NCBI GenBank assembly: GCA_963794325.1
Contig: CAWCDG010000002.1
Span: 416,001-480,000, forward strand
Source of the DNA: an uncultured delta proteobacterium
GTDB taxonomy: Bacteria > Desulfobacterota > Binatia > Binatales > Binataceae
Direction: 5' to 3'
DNA: 64,000 nucleotides
Shown: in pieces, positions 9,874-20,436 of the stretch
How the letters are laid out: each line of letters begins with the position of its first letter
Position numbering within the stretch: the first letter of the stretch is position 1
The notes under the pieces: generated by a model
What the model was told of the DNA's origin: nothing
Databases searched by the model: none
Seen by the model: the letters and a program-made list of their open reading frames with translations, nothing else
Program-made: the position numbers and the translations under genes

Positions 9874-10335
9874 GTGAGAAACGCGATGGCAAATCCACCA
9901 ATCGGCAAACTCGACCATATCGGAATCGCGGTTAAGAGCGTCGCCGAGGCGCGCAAGTTTTTCGAGGACACGCTCGGCGCCAGCTTCGTGTTCGAAGCGG
10001 CCAACGAAGCAGCCGGCTACAAGCTCGCCGCGCTCGATCTGAGCGGATTGTCAATCGAGCTCCTGGAGCCGCTCGGAGAGAATTCGTTCCTGCACAAATT
10101 TCTCGAAAAGCGCGGCGAGGGGATGCATCACCTGACCTTCAACGTCCCGGACTGCAAAGAGAAGACCGCCGCTTTGAAAGAGCAGGGCGTTCGCATCGTC
10201 GACGAAACCCGATGGTCGTCCACCAGCTTCGAATCTTTCATCTCCCCGCGCTCATCGCACGGAGTACTAATCCAACTAGGCTCGGGCTACCCAACCCTCA
10301 ACAGCGATCCAGCCTGGACCCGGAAGAAGGACTAA
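9874..10335 (+). CDS. VOC-family protein (methylmalonyl-CoA epimerase-like)
   Basis: LDHIGIAV, IELLEP, KFLEKRGEGMHHL, FISPRSSHGVLIQL. Start may be ATG 9886. Confidence 0.85.
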   Translation: MRNAMANPPIGKLDHIGIAVKSVAEARKFFEDTLGASFVFEAANEAAGYKLAALDLSGLSIELLEPLGENSFLHKFLEKRGEGMHHLTFNVPDCKEKTAALKEQGVRIVDETRWSSTSFESFISPRSSHGVLIQLGSGYPTLNSDPAWTRKKD

Positions 10336-10347
10336 CCCTCCCCCCAA

Positions 10348-10460
10348 AAACTTCCTAACAGGGACGAAGTCCCGCATCTTTTCTTTAATACCGGGTGCAG
10401 GGGTCACCCCTGCCGCGGAAGCGTGAAACCCGCGGAGGGTTTCACATTCAATAAACTTCT
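10348..10460 (+). repeat. ~110-bp three-hairpin intergenic repeat, family A copy 1
   Basis: GGGAC-GAA-GTCCC / GCAGGGG-TCA-CCCCTGC / GTGAAACCC-N5-GGGTTTCAC; near-identical to 55771-55883 and (inverted) 47450-47553. Confidence 0.9.
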
Positions 10461-11240
10461 TTACCCAATCAGCCCCGGATTCGCGCCGCCGTCGATCGTG
10501 ACGTTCGCGCCATGAATGAACGCTGCGCGATCCGACGCGAGGAACATCACCAGGTCCGCAACTTCTTCAGCCTTGCCGGGACGTCCCAGCGGCGTCATTC
10601 GCTTCAGCACTTCATCCATATTACCGCCCGCGGCGCGTCGCTCGGTGAACACGCGCAACCGGTCGGTGAAAATCGGCCCTGGATTCACTCCGACCACGCG
10701 CACGCCATGCTTCGATCCCTCATTCGCCAGCGCCTTCGTAAAATGGTTAAGCGCGGCATTCGCCGATCCACCAATCATATATCCGCCAGTCGGAATCAGC
10801 CCGCCGGTCCCGATCACATTCACGATCACGCCGTGACCCTGGCGCTGCATTTGCGGCAAGACTTCGCGCGCCATCCGCACATAGCCGAAGAATTTGAGAT
10901 TCCAGTCCTCGAGCCACTCGTCGTCGGTAAGCTTCTGAAAGTCGCCCGGCCGCGCGCTGCCGGCATTGTTCACGAGGATGTCGATTTTGCCGAACGCCTC
11001 GACGCATCGCGCGACGACTCGCTTCACATCCTCCGGCTTGTTGAGGTCCGCCTGAATTGCCTCGACGCGCGCACCGTCGCGCCCGCGGGCCAGTTTCACG
11101 GTTTCATCCAGCGCTTCGCGGCCGCGCGCGCATACCAGCACCGACGCGCCTTCCAGTGCGAACCCGATTGCAGTCGCGCGCCCGATTCCTTTGCTGCCGC
11201 CCGTGACGATCGCCACTTTACCGCCGAGTCCGAGTTCCAT
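10461..11240 (-). CDS. SDR-family oxidoreductase
   Basis: TGGSKGIG, DILVNNAG, VVGVNPGP, PLGRPG, IDGG. Confidence 0.92.
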   Translation of the reverse strand: MELGLGGKVAIVTGGSKGIGRATAIGFALEGASVLVCARGREALDETVKLARGRDGARVEAIQADLNKPEDVKRVVARCVEAFGKIDILVNNAGSARPGDFQKLTDDEWLEDWNLKFFGYVRMAREVLPQMQRQGHGVIVNVIGTGGLIPTGGYMIGGSANAALNHFTKALANEGSKHGVRVVGVNPGPIFTDRLRVFTERRAAGGNMDEVLKRMTPLGRPGKAEEVADLVMFLASDRAAFIHGANVTIDGGANPGLIG

Positions 11241-11362
11241 TGTGGATAACCTCTATAAGATTCCGTCGTCCAAGTTCACATCGCACCGTCGCGAGGGTCA
11301 ACCGCCTTAACATGACTCCTTCTATCTGACACGATTGCGGTAAGCGCCCCACGGCCTTTGCA

Positions 11363-13039
11363 ATGAAAGAACTGATCGTCTCCATCCTTCGCGACGCAAT
11401 CGGGCGGGCGCGCGCCGCCGGTCAATTAACCTCCGAAATTCCGGCCATCGGAATCGAGGCGCCGCGCGATTCTGCCCACGGCGACATCGCTTCGAACATC
11501 GCGCTGATTCTCGCAAAGCCCGAGCGTAAATCACCTCGTGCGATTGCCGAGATAATCAAGTCGCACGTCACGTTGCCCGCCGAGGTGAGCGAAGTCTCAG
11601 TCGCCGGTCCCGGCTTCATCAATTTCAAAATGTCGCCGGCGTACTGGCATTCTGAGATTCGCCGCGCCGCCGCCGCTGGCCGCGATTTCTGGAAACCTCG
11701 CGCATGGGAACTGCGCCCTGGCGCTGGCAAGAAAGTGCAAGTCGAATTTCTATCAGCCAATCCTACCGGCCCCGTGACTGTCGGCCACGGCCGCAACGCA
11801 GTCCTCGGCGACACGATCGCGCGTCTCTACGAGGCCGCGCGCTTTGACGTGACGCGCGAATATTATTTCAACGATGGCGGCCGCCAGATGAAGCTGCTCG
11901 GCGAGTCGGTCCGCGCGCGCTATCTGCAGGCCCATGGCATCGACGCCCCGATGCCTCCCGATGGCTACCAGGGCGAGTACATCGTCGACATCGCGCGCGC
12001 TCTGAAAGCCGAGCGCGGCGATTCGCTCATCTCTGTCACCGATCTCGAAATTTTCCGCTCGGTGGCTGTCAAAGCCATCTTCGCCGACATCAACCAGACC
12101 TGCACGCGCCTCGGAATCCGCTTCGACGTCTTCACCAACGAGCTCGATCTCTTCAACTCCGGCAAGGTCGATGCGGTCCTCAAGGCTCTCCACGATGCGG
12201 GCCTGACCTTCGAGCAGGACGGCGCAGTTTACCTGCGCGGCGAGCCGCTCGGACTTCCGAAAGACGCGGTGTTGGTGCGCAGCGGCCCCGACCGCCAGCC
12301 GACTTACCGCACTCCGGACATCGCCTATCACATCGAGAAGCTCAAGCGCGGCTTCGACTTGATCGTGGGCATCTTCGGCGCCGATCACATCGCCGAGCAT
12401 CAGGAGGTCGTCGCCGCCGTTAAGGCGCTCGGTTACGACATCGCTCCCATCCGCGCAATCATCTACCAGTTCGTCACGCTCACCCGCGCCGGCGAGAAAG
12501 TTAAAATGTCCACGCGCAAGGCGACCTACGTCACGCTCGACGAATTGATCGACGAAGTCGGCGCCGACGTCGTCCGATTTTTCTTTCTGTTCCGCAAATC
12601 CGACAGCCAGCTCGATTTCGATCTCGAGCTTGCCAAAAAGCAGGCGCCCGAGAATCCTGTCTTCTATGTCCAGTATGCGCACGCGCGCCTCGCCAGCATT
12701 TTCCGCGAGGGCGCCGCGAAAGATCTGATACTCCCGGCGGACACTTCTTCGATAGACCTCAACCTGCTCGGCCCCGAGGAACTCGATCTCGCCAAGCGCG
12801 CGCTCGGACTCCCCGACGTGATGTCCGCTGCCGCCGAGGCCCTCGAGCCGCATCGAATTCCATTCTATCTGCTCGACCTGGCCGGCGACTTCCATCGCTA
12901 CTACAACAAGCCCGCGAATCGTATAATTGGGCTGGATCGCCAGCTCAGTTTGGCGCGGATGTACATGGCGCAAATTCTCAACGACGCGATCGCGGGCGGT
13001 CTCGAGTTGCTCGGGGTGAGCGCTCCAGAGCGGATGTGA
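11363..13039 (+). CDS. argS: Arginine--tRNA ligase
   Basis: VAGPGFINF, VEFLSANPTGPVTVGHGR, EYYFNDGG, KMSTRK, NPVFYVQYAHAR, LLGVSAPERM. Confidence 0.97.
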   Translation: MKELIVSILRDAIGRARAAGQLTSEIPAIGIEAPRDSAHGDIASNIALILAKPERKSPRAIAEIIKSHVTLPAEVSEVSVAGPGFINFKMSPAYWHSEIRRAAAAGRDFWKPRAWELRPGAGKKVQVEFLSANPTGPVTVGHGRNAVLGDTIARLYEAARFDVTREYYFNDGGRQMKLLGESVRARYLQAHGIDAPMPPDGYQGEYIVDIARALKAERGDSLISVTDLEIFRSVAVKAIFADINQTCTRLGIRFDVFTNELDLFNSGKVDAVLKALHDAGLTFEQDGAVYLRGEPLGLPKDAVLVRSGPDRQPTYRTPDIAYHIEKLKRGFDLIVGIFGADHIAEHQEVVAAVKALGYDIAPIRAIIYQFVTLTRAGEKVKMSTRKATYVTLDELIDEVGADVVRFFFLFRKSDSQLDFDLELAKKQAPENPVFYVQYAHARLASIFREGAAKDLILPADTSSIDLNLLGPEELDLAKRALGLPDVMSAAAEALEPHRIPFYLLDLAGDFHRYYNKPANRIIGLDRQLSLARMYMAQILNDAIAGGLELLGVSAPERM

Positions 13040-13055
13040 AGGGACGGAGAAGGGG

Positions 13056-13739
13056 ATGCGATTCGAAATCAAGGCAGGTGGCGGCTTTCTGATTCTGCTC
13101 GGACTAGTCGGGTTGTCGGGCGCGGTCTTCGTGCTGGGATTGGTCGCGGGCTACGAGATGGCCCGTCAGACGCAGCCCGATGTGAATCAAATCTCCTCGA
13201 CTTACCCGCTGCCGAATGCGCCCGAAAAGCCCGCGCCCGTATCCGAGATGTCGCCCGCGGCTCAGGCGTCGGCGGCGATCGCGTCCGCACCGGCTCCCCG
13301 AACCGTCCCGGTAAAACCGCCGGCGCCCGCGATCAGCGAAAGCGACGCCAATCCCGCTTCGCATCCATCACCTGCCGCCGTCGCGCGTTTGAAACCGCCG
13401 CGCGAAGCGCCGGCGATTACTCCGCCGACATCGGAAGATGAAAACACCGACGAGGATACTGAAACGGCTTCAGCTCCCACCTCGCCATCGCGCGCGCTAC
13501 CGCCCGGCGCCAAGCCCTACAACATTCAGATCGAAGCCGTGATGGACAAGAGCGGGGCGGACGAGATGGTCTCGCGGCTGAAGGAACTGGGCTACAACGC
13601 CCAGGAAACAAAAGTCGCGCTCAACGGGCAGACCTGGTATCGCGTCCGCATCGGACCCTACGACAGCGCGGACGAAGCGACCGCCGCGCAAAACGAATTG
13701 CGCGAAAAATACAAGCAGGCCTACACGACCTCGCACTGA
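13056..13739 (+). CDS. SPOR-domain cell division protein (FtsN/DedD-like)
   Basis: N-terminal TM segment, Pro/Ala-rich linker, C-terminal YNIQI...WYRVRIGPY; follows argS. Confidence 0.85.
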   Translation: MRFEIKAGGGFLILLGLVGLSGAVFVLGLVAGYEMARQTQPDVNQISSTYPLPNAPEKPAPVSEMSPAAQASAAIASAPAPRTVPVKPPAPAISESDANPASHPSPAAVARLKPPREAPAITPPTSEDENTDEDTETASAPTSPSRALPPGAKPYNIQIEAVMDKSGADEMVSRLKELGYNAQETKVALNGQTWYRVRIGPYDSADEATAAQNELREKYKQAYTTSH

Positions 13740-13815
13740 GTAGGACGGAATTTATTCCGTCATGCAGCGGAATTTATTCCCTCAAGAAGAATCGACGAAA
13801 TAAATTTCGTCCTAC
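13740..13815. repeat. Inverted GTAG-type REP doublet (REPIN-like), family E
   Basis: GTAG-GACGGAAT-TT-ATTCCGTC ... GACGAAAT-AA-ATTTCGTC-CTAC, with a partial third unit GGAATTTATTCC between. Confidence 0.8.
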
Positions 13816-13817
13816 TA

Positions 13818-14543
13818 ATGGCCGACACCTACAACGACCGCCTCTTCAACGGCAATCGCGCGCGCCGCTTCCTGCATGAACGCCGCTTCTGGTGGCTGAC
13901 CGATCGGCTGCGCCGCTTGAGCATGCGCCGCGCCGACATAATCGAGATCGGATGCTACGACGCAAAGACGATCTCGTACCTCGAACGCAGCGATATCACC
14001 GTCAATCGATACGTCGGCTACGAGTCCGAGGACTACCTCGTTGACAGCGTGCGGGAGCAATGGGCTGCGCGCCCCGAAATCACGATCCTGAAATCGACGT
14101 CAGCGTCAGACATCGACCTGTCTCAGACCTTCGACGTTGGCATCTGCATGGAAACCCTCGAGCATCTTCCCGACGAACTCGTCGACGGCTACCTGGAGAT
14201 TCTTGCAAAGGTCGTGCGCGGCCCGGTCTTCTTCACGATCCCGGTCGAACGCGGCGCGATGCTGGTGGCGAAGCAACTCGGCTATCGCATCTTCGGAATG
14301 TACGGCGATCGCCTGTCCTGGCGCGATCTACTGAACGGCGCCCTAAGCCAAACCGACCGAATCCCCCGTCACGAACACGCCGGCTTCGACGACCGCCAGA
14401 TGATCAAGCGCATCGCGCACCACTTCAACGTCACAGAATCCGCCGGCCTCTTCGTCCCATATTTCACCACCCTAAATTTCACCGTCGGTATAGTCGGGTC
14501 AGCGCGCACAGTTGACAACGACTCGGCTCACCTTCATCATTAA
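13818..14543 (+). CDS. Class I SAM-dependent methyltransferase-like protein
   Basis: IIEIGCYDA motif I variant, FDVGICMETLEHLP, FFTIP. Confidence 0.7.
   Translation: MADTYNDRLFNGNRARRFLHERRFWWLTDRLRRLSMRRADIIEIGCYDAKTISYLERSDITVNRYVGYESEDYLVDSVREQWAARPEITILKSTSASDIDLSQTFDVGICMETLEHLPDELVDGYLEILAKVVRGPVFFTIPVERGAMLVAKQLGYRIFGMYGDRLSWRDLLNGALSQTDRIPRHEHAGFDDRQMIKRIAHHFNVTESAGLFVPYFTTLNFTVGIVGSARTVDNDSAHLHH
14512..14540 (+). promoter_or_regulatory. Putative sigma70 promoter for the trp leader
   Basis: TTGACA (14512-14517), 17-bp spacer, CATCAT (14535-14540), 10 nt before the leader ATG. Confidence 0.45.
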
Positions 14544-14550
14544 TCCTAAG

Positions 14551-14631
14551 ATGAAACTCACGAGCCGAAATGTTTGCGCGGGATGGTGGCGTTGGCACCT
14601 CGATGCACCCGCCTGCGCGCCGGCTTTGTAA
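14551..14631 (+). CDS. trpL: trp operon leader peptide (26 aa, MKLTSRNVCAGWWRWHLDAPACAPAL)
   Basis: TGG TGG CGT TGG cluster in a short ORF directly upstream of trpE and of a terminator hairpin. Confidence 0.85.
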   Translation: MKLTSRNVCAGWWRWHLDAPACAPAL

Positions 14632-14692
14632 TTCATCGCAAAACCGATTTCCCAAAAGGGCCGCAGGCAAAACCTGCGGCCCTTTTCTTTTT
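14611..14692 (+). terminator. trp attenuator: intrinsic terminator plus alternative antiterminator
   Basis: Stem AAAAGGGCCGCAGG-CAAAA-CCTGCGGCCCTTTT followed by CTTTTT (14654-14692). GCCTGCG at 14611 can instead pair with CGCAGGC in the terminator 5' arm. Confidence 0.85.
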
Positions 14693-14734
14693 GGATTTGA
14701 ACGACGGAGTCGAAAGTAAGCGAGGCAAACTGGA

Positions 14735-16240
14735 ATGTTGCAGCCCACGGAAAAAGAATTCGAACGTCTCGCGGCTGACGGATTCAACCTCATCCCCGTT
14801 TTCGAGGAAGTCGCCGCCGACCTCGAGACTCCCGTCTCCGCCTTCCTGAAAATCGCGCGCGGCGACTACGCCTTCCTGCTCGAAAGCGTCCGCGGCGGCG
14901 AGAAATGGGGCCGCTACACCTTCCTCGGCAGTGATCCCTTCATGGTAATGCGCGCGCGCAAAAACCGCATGGATATCATCCGGCCCGGCCGCGGCGTCGA
15001 GGTACGCTCCGTCGCCAACTCCTTTGAGGAGTTGCGCGCCGAGGTCAAGCGCTTCCGCTCCCCCGAGCTGCCCAACCTGCCGCGCTTCTTCGGCGGCGCC
15101 GTCGGCTTTCTCGCGTATGACATCGTGCGATGCTTCGAAAAGATTCCCGAGACCGCCACCGACGATCTCGGTACGCCCGATTTCCACCTGATGTTCACCG
15201 ACACGGTGCTCTGCTTCGACAACGTCCGCCAGACCCTCAAAGTCATCGCCAACGTTCCAGTCGAGGAATTCGCTTCGACGAAGATGGCCTATCAGAGCGC
15301 GCGCATCAAAATCGACGAGGTCCTCGAGCGCCTCAAGCGTCCCGCCGTGCCGCCGTTTCTTGAAGGTGCGAGCAACGTCCCCATCAACGACGCCTCCATC
15401 ACCTCGAACGTGACGCGCGAGGGCTACATGGCGATGGTTTCCGCGGCGAAGGAATATATTGCGGCCGGCGACGTCATCCAGGTCGTCCCGTCGCAGCGCT
15501 TCGAGGCACCGCTCACCGCGCATCCGTTCAACATCTACCGCAGCCTGCGCACGATTAACCCCTCGCCCTACATGTTCTACTTGCGCCTCGGCGATCAAAC
15601 GCTGGTCGGCGCCTCGCCCGAAGTGATGGTCCGGGTCGAAGGCCGCGAGATAACGCTGCGGCCGATCGCCGGCACCCGCCGCCGCGGCGTCACCGAAGCC
15701 GAGGACCGCGAACTCGAAGCCGAGTTGCTCGCCGATCCCAAGGAACGCGCCGAGCACGTGATGCTGGTCGACCTCGGCCGCAACGACGTCGGCCGCGTCT
15801 CCGAAATCGGCTCGGTGAAAGTGACCGAGCTGATGGTCGTCGAGCGCTATTCGCACGTGATGCACATCGTGTCGAATGTCACCGGCGTGCTGCGCGAAGG
15901 ATGCGACGCGTTCGACGCTTTCGCGGCCACTTTTCCGCAAGGCACCGTCTCCGGCGCGCCGAAAATCCGCGCGATGGAAATCATCGACGAGCTCGAATCG
16001 GTGCGGCGCGGAGTGTACGCAGGCGCAGTCGGCTATTTCAGCTACACCGGCAACACCGACACGGCGATCGCGCTGCGCACGCTGCTGATCAAAGGCAATC
16101 GCGTCTATATCCAGGCGGGCGGCGGCGTCGTCGCCGACTCGGACCCCGGCGCCGAGTTCGAGGAATCGGTGAACAAGGCTCGCGCGATGGTGCGGGCGCT
16201 CCAGGCCGCGCGCGATTTCGAAACGGCGGCGAAGAGGTAA
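14735..16240 (+). CDS. trpE: Anthranilate synthase component I
   Basis: [63 protein letters not shown]. Confidence 0.97.
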   Translation: MLQPTEKEFERLAADGFNLIPVFEEVAADLETPVSAFLKIARGDYAFLLESVRGGEKWGRYTFLGSDPFMVMRARKNRMDIIRPGRGVEVRSVANSFEELRAEVKRFRSPELPNLPRFFGGAVGFLAYDIVRCFEKIPETATDDLGTPDFHLMFTDTVLCFDNVRQTLKVIANVPVEEFASTKMAYQSARIKIDEVLERLKRPAVPPFLEGASNVPINDASITSNVTREGYMAMVSAAKEYIAAGDVIQVVPSQRFEAPLTAHPFNIYRSLRTINPSPYMFYLRLGDQTLVGASPEVMVRVEGREITLRPIAGTRRRGVTEAEDRELEAELLADPKERAEHVMLVDLGRNDVGRVSEIGSVKVTELMVVERYSHVMHIVSNVTGVLREGCDAFDAFAATFPQGTVSGAPKIRAMEIIDELESVRRGVYAGAVGYFSYTGNTDTAIALRTLLIKGNRVYIQAGGGVVADSDPGAEFEESVNKARAMVRALQAARDFETAAKR

Positions 16241-16245
16241 GTCGC

Positions 16246-16860
16246 ATGGCAGGAAATAAAAACATTCACGTGCTGATGATCGATAACTACGACTCGTTTA
16301 CCTACAACATCGTGCAGTATCTCGGCGAGCTCGGCGCTGAGGTCACAGTCAAGCGCAACGACGCCATCGACGTCGCCGGCGTCCGCGCGCTTCATCCCAA
16401 CGCGGTCGTCATCTCGCCGGGTCCTTGCACTCCCACCGAGGCCGGAATCTCGCTGACGCTTTTGCGCGAGATGGCCGGCGAAGTTCCGATACTCGGCGTG
16501 TGCCTCGGCCTGCAATGTATCGGCGAGGCGTTCGGCGGCAAGGTGGTGCGCGCGGATCGCCTGATGCACGGCAAGACCTCGCCGATAATCCACGACGGCA
16601 AAACAATCTTCGCGAACATCCCAAGTCCGTTCGACGCGATGCGCTATCATTCGCTGCTGGTCGACGCCGCGTCGATTCCGCCGACGCTGCACGTCAGCGC
16701 CCGCACAGCGGAAAACGAAATCATGGGCCTTCGCCACAAGCAGCACGCGGTCGAAGGCGTGCAGTTTCATCCCGAGTCGATTCTGACCTTCGAGGGCAAG
16801 CATCTGCTGCAAAACTTTCTCGACGGCCTCAACAAAAACAAAAACGGAATCGCACGATGA
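16246..16860 (+). CDS. trpG: Anthranilate synthase component II (glutamine amidotransferase)
   Basis: [34 protein letters not shown]; ATG at 16246. Confidence 0.95.
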   Translation: MAGNKNIHVLMIDNYDSFTYNIVQYLGELGAEVTVKRNDAIDVAGVRALHPNAVVISPGPCTPTEAGISLTLLREMAGEVPILGVCLGLQCIGEAFGGKVVRADRLMHGKTSPIIHDGKTIFANIPSPFDAMRYHSLLVDAASIPPTLHVSARTAENEIMGLRHKQHAVEGVQFHPESILTFEGKHLLQNFLDGLNKNKNGIAR

Positions 16861-17879
16861 ACGAACTGCACGACGCACTGCAAGCGCTCATCGACGGTCG
16901 CTCGCTCACCGACGCTGAGTCCGAACGCGCGATCGGCGAGATTATGGACGGAGGCGAGCCCGACGCAGTCGTCGGTGCATTCCTGGTCGCGTTGAAAATC
17001 AAAGGCGCCGAGGCCGACGAGCTGGCAGGTGCGGTGCGCGCGATGCTGAAGCGGGCGCGTCCGCTCAATCTTCGCGACGGCAACGTGCTCGACACCTGCG
17101 GCACCGGGGGCGACGGCGCCAGCACCTTCAACATCTCGACTGGCGCCGCGTTGATCGCGGCGGCGGCGGGCGTGCCGGTCGCCAAGCACGGCAACCGCGC
17201 GATCAGCGGCACCGTCGGCACGGCCGACGTGCTCGAAGCGATGGGCGTGAAGATCGATTGCGATCCCGACGGGCTGAAGCGATGCCTCGACGAAGCGGGA
17301 TGCTGTCACATCTTCGCGCAGTCGTATCATCCCGCGTTCAAGAAAATTGCGCCGCTGAGACGCGAGCTCCGAATCCGCACCATCTTCAATCTGATGGGGT
17401 CGCTCGGCAACCCGGCGCGTCCTCGCTTTCATTTGTTGGGCGTCGCCGAAGAGAATCTGATCCGGCCGATGGCGAACGCGCTGAAGGCACTTGGCACGCG
17501 GCGCGCGATGGTCGTTCACGGCGGCGACGGAATCGACGAAATCGCGATCAGCGGCCCGACGAAAATTGTGGAACTCCGCGACGGCGATCTGACGGAATAC
17601 GAAATCACACCGGAGAGCCTCGGCGTCTCGCGCGGCGACCATCGCGCGCTGGTGATCAAGAATATAGATGATGCGGTGCGGGTTCTGCGCGGCGCGCTTG
17701 ATGGCGGCGCGGGGCCGGCGCAAGATGTCCTCGCGCTCAACGGCGGCGCCGCAATCTACCTCGGTGGCAAGGCCGCGTCGATAAAAGAAGGTGTCGATGC
17801 GGCGCGCGAAATTATCGCCACGCGCCGCGGACTGGAAGTCCTTGAAAAGCTGCGCCGCGCCAGCAACGGAATACAATGA
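16857..17879 (+). CDS. trpD: Anthranilate phosphoribosyltransferase
   Basis: [29 protein letters not shown]; ATGA overlap with trpG. Confidence 0.95.
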   Translation: MNELHDALQALIDGRSLTDAESERAIGEIMDGGEPDAVVGAFLVALKIKGAEADELAGAVRAMLKRARPLNLRDGNVLDTCGTGGDGASTFNISTGAALIAAAAGVPVAKHGNRAISGTVGTADVLEAMGVKIDCDPDGLKRCLDEAGCCHIFAQSYHPAFKKIAPLRRELRIRTIFNLMGSLGNPARPRFHLLGVAEENLIRPMANALKALGTRRAMVVHGGDGIDEIAISGPTKIVELRDGDLTEYEITPESLGVSRGDHRALVIKNIDDAVRVLRGALDGGAGPAQDVLALNGGAAIYLGGKAASIKEGVDAAREIIATRRGLEVLEKLRRASNGIQ

Positions 17880-18655
17880 GCTCGATCCTCGACAATATTT
17901 ATGCGGCCAAACGCGTCGAAGTGCGCGCTCGACGCGCGATCGTTTCGCCGATGGCGATCGTCGCCGAGGCGAATCGCGCACCCAGGCCGCGCGATTTCGT
18001 CGCGGCACTTCGCGCACATCGTCCCGCGATTATCGCGGAGATAAAGCGCGCGTCTCCGAGCAAGGGCGATATCATGCCGGGGCTCGATCCAGCCAACGTC
18101 GCGCGCGAATATGTCGCCGGCGGAGCCGCAGCGATCTCGGTTCTCACCGACGTCCATTTCAAAGGCACGCTCGACGATCTGCGAGCCGTCCGCGCCGCCG
18201 TGGACGCTCCGCTGTTGCGCAAGGACTTCATCTTCGAGCCATACCAGGTGTACGAAGCGCGGGCCGCCGGCGCGGACTGCATTTTGCTGATCGCCGCGAT
18301 GCTGAAAGAGGGCGAGCTGCGTTCGCTGGCGGCGCTTGCACGCGAACTTGGAATGGCGACGCTGGTCGAATCGCACAATCTCGAAGAGTTCGCACTGGCC
18401 GGGAAAATCGGCGCGGGCCTGATCGGCATCAACAACCGCGACCTGCATACTTTCGTGACCGATATCGCTGTGACCGAACGTCTGCTTGCCGGCTTCAAGG
18501 GCGACGCGCTGATTGTCACGGAAAGTGGAATCGATTCGCCCGACGATATTCGGCGTCTCGACGCTGCTGGCGCTCGCGCGTTTTTGGTCGGCGAAAGTTT
18601 GCTGAAAGCGGGCAAGCCGGGCACGAAACTCGACGAGCTGATGCGAGCGCTATGA
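17876..18655 (+). CDS. trpC: Indole-3-glycerol phosphate synthase
   Basis: IAEIKRASPSKG, LLRKDFI, GINNRDL, ESGI, LVGESL. Confidence 0.96.
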   Translation: MSSILDNIYAAKRVEVRARRAIVSPMAIVAEANRAPRPRDFVAALRAHRPAIIAEIKRASPSKGDIMPGLDPANVAREYVAGGAAAISVLTDVHFKGTLDDLRAVRAAVDAPLLRKDFIFEPYQVYEARAAGADCILLIAAMLKEGELRSLAALARELGMATLVESHNLEEFALAGKIGAGLIGINNRDLHTFVTDIAVTERLLAGFKGDALIVTESGIDSPDDIRRLDAAGARAFLVGESLLKAGKPGTKLDELMRAL

Positions 18656-19260
18656 CAGTACGAGTCAAAATCTGCGGCATCACTCGCGTCGAGGACGCGC
18701 GCGCAGCGATCGATGCGGGTGCCGATATGATTGGTCTGAACTTCTACGCGAAGAGTCCACGCTACATCGAGATCGATCGTGCCCGCGAGATTCGCGAGGC
18801 GATTGGCGCGCACGCATCCGTAGTCGGAGTCTTCGTCAACGCGAGTCGCAGCTATATAGATGAAAGACTGCGTGCTGTGTCGCTCAATATGATCCAGTTC
18901 TCCGGCGACGAGGATGACGCGGCGCTTCCGGGTTTGCCAGTTCCGTCGATTGTTACTCGCCGGTTCAGGCAAGGCGACGAATCGAGCATCGCGCCGCATC
19001 GCGCGGACTATGTGCTGTTCGACGCCTTCAATGAAGAGCTGTTGGGCGGCACCGGCAGCCGCATCCAGCTGGACCTGCTTCGCCGGCTCGACTTGAGCCA
19101 CGCGTTTGTCGCCGGCGGATTGAATCCCGACAACGTTGCGGAAGTCGCGGCGCTCGAACCTTACGCAGTCGATTGCGCCAGCGGTGTCGAATCGTCGCCG
19201 GGTGTAAAGGACCACGATAAACTGAGGAGCTTCGTCAATAATGCAAAACGTTCCCGATAG
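18652..19260 (+). CDS. trpF: Phosphoribosylanthranilate isomerase
   Basis: [42 protein letters not shown]; ATGA overlap. Confidence 0.93.
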   Translation: MTVRVKICGITRVEDARAAIDAGADMIGLNFYAKSPRYIEIDRAREIREAIGAHASVVGVFVNASRSYIDERLRAVSLNMIQFSGDEDDAALPGLPVPSIVTRRFRQGDESSIAPHRADYVLFDAFNEELLGGTGSRIQLDLLRRLDLSHAFVAGGLNPDNVAEVAALEPYAVDCASGVESSPGVKDHDKLRSFVNNAKRSR

Positions 19261-20434
19261 CCGCGGCCACTTCGGCCAGTTCGGCGGAAAGTACGTCGCG
19301 GAAACCTTGATGCCCGCGCTGTTCGAGCTAGAGCGCGCATACAAGGAGGCGCGTCGCGATCCGAAATTTCGCGAGGAACTCGAAACTCGCTCGCGCGAGT
19401 TCGTCGGACGACCGACGCCGCTGTACTTGTGCGAGAATCTCACATCGAAACTCGGCGGCGCGAAAATTTATCTGAAGCGCGAGGATCTCTGCCACACCGG
19501 CGCGCACAAAGTGAACAACACGCTCGGCCAAGCTCTGCTCGCGGTGCGGATGAACAAGGCGCGCATCACGGCCGAGACCGGTGCGGGACAGCATGGCGTT
19601 GCGACCGCGACGATGGCTGCGCTGTTTCGCCGCGAATGCGAGGTCTTCATGGGTTCGGTGGACGTCGAGCGCCAATCGCTCAACGTCTTTCGGATGAAGC
19701 TGCTCGGCGCGAAGGTCACTCCGGTCGAGAGCGGCAGCAAGAGCCTGAAGGACGCGATGAACGAGGCGCTGCGCGACTGGATCGCGACCGTGCGCAATAC
19801 TTACTACCTGATTGGCACCACGGCGGGGCCGCATCCGTACCCGATGATCGTGCGCGACTTCCAGGCGGTCATCGGGCGCGAGGCGCGCCGCCAGATTCTC
19901 AAGCACGAGGGCCGTCTGCCCGACGTGCTGGTCGCATGCGTCAACGGCGGCTCGAACGCGATCGGACTTTTCTATCCGTTCATCAAAGACACCGGCGTGA
20001 AGATGGTTGGCGTCGAGGCCGCCGGTCTCGGCATCAGCGGCCCGCATCATGCCGCCACGATCACGACCGGCAGTGTCGGCGTTCTGCACGGCAACAAGAC
20101 CTACCTGCTGCAGGATGAGCTCGGGCAGATTCGTGAGACTCATTCGATTGCGGCGGGCCTCGATTATCCAGGCGTCGGCCCCGAGCATTCGTGGCTGAAT
20201 GACGTGGGCCGCGCCGAGTATACGTCAGTTACCGACGCCGAAGCGCTCGACGCTTTGAAGATGCTGTCCGAGACCGAGGGGATCATTCCGGCGCTCGAGA
20301 GTTCTCATGCGGTGGCGCATGCAATCAAGCTGGCGCCGCAGATGTCGAAGGAACAAATCATGATCGTGAATCTGTCGGGACGCGGCGACAAGGATATGCA
20401 GACGGTCGCCAAGGCGCTCGGGGTGACGGTGTAA
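19241..20434 (+). CDS. trpB: Tryptophan synthase beta chain
   Basis: [51 protein letters not shown]. Confidence 0.97.
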   Translation: MQNVPDSRGHFGQFGGKYVAETLMPALFELERAYKEARRDPKFREELETRSREFVGRPTPLYLCENLTSKLGGAKIYLKREDLCHTGAHKVNNTLGQALLAVRMNKARITAETGAGQHGVATATMAALFRRECEVFMGSVDVERQSLNVFRMKLLGAKVTPVESGSKSLKDAMNEALRDWIATVRNTYYLIGTTAGPHPYPMIVRDFQAVIGREARRQILKHEGRLPDVLVACVNGGSNAIGLFYPFIKDTGVKMVGVEAAGLGISGPHHAATITTGSVGVLHGNKTYLLQDELGQIRETHSIAAGLDYPGVGPEHSWLNDVGRAEYTSVTDAEALDALKMLSETEGIIPALESSHAVAHAIKLAPQMSKEQIMIVNLSGRGDKDMQTVAKALGVTV

Positions 20435-20436
20435 AC

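Noticed and set aside
15901-19260. Long N-terminal extensions on trpG, trpD and trpF in the ORF track
   Set aside because: These are overlapping off-frame reads of the upstream genes. Proper starts with ATGA coupling or short gaps exist at 16246, 16857 and 18652.
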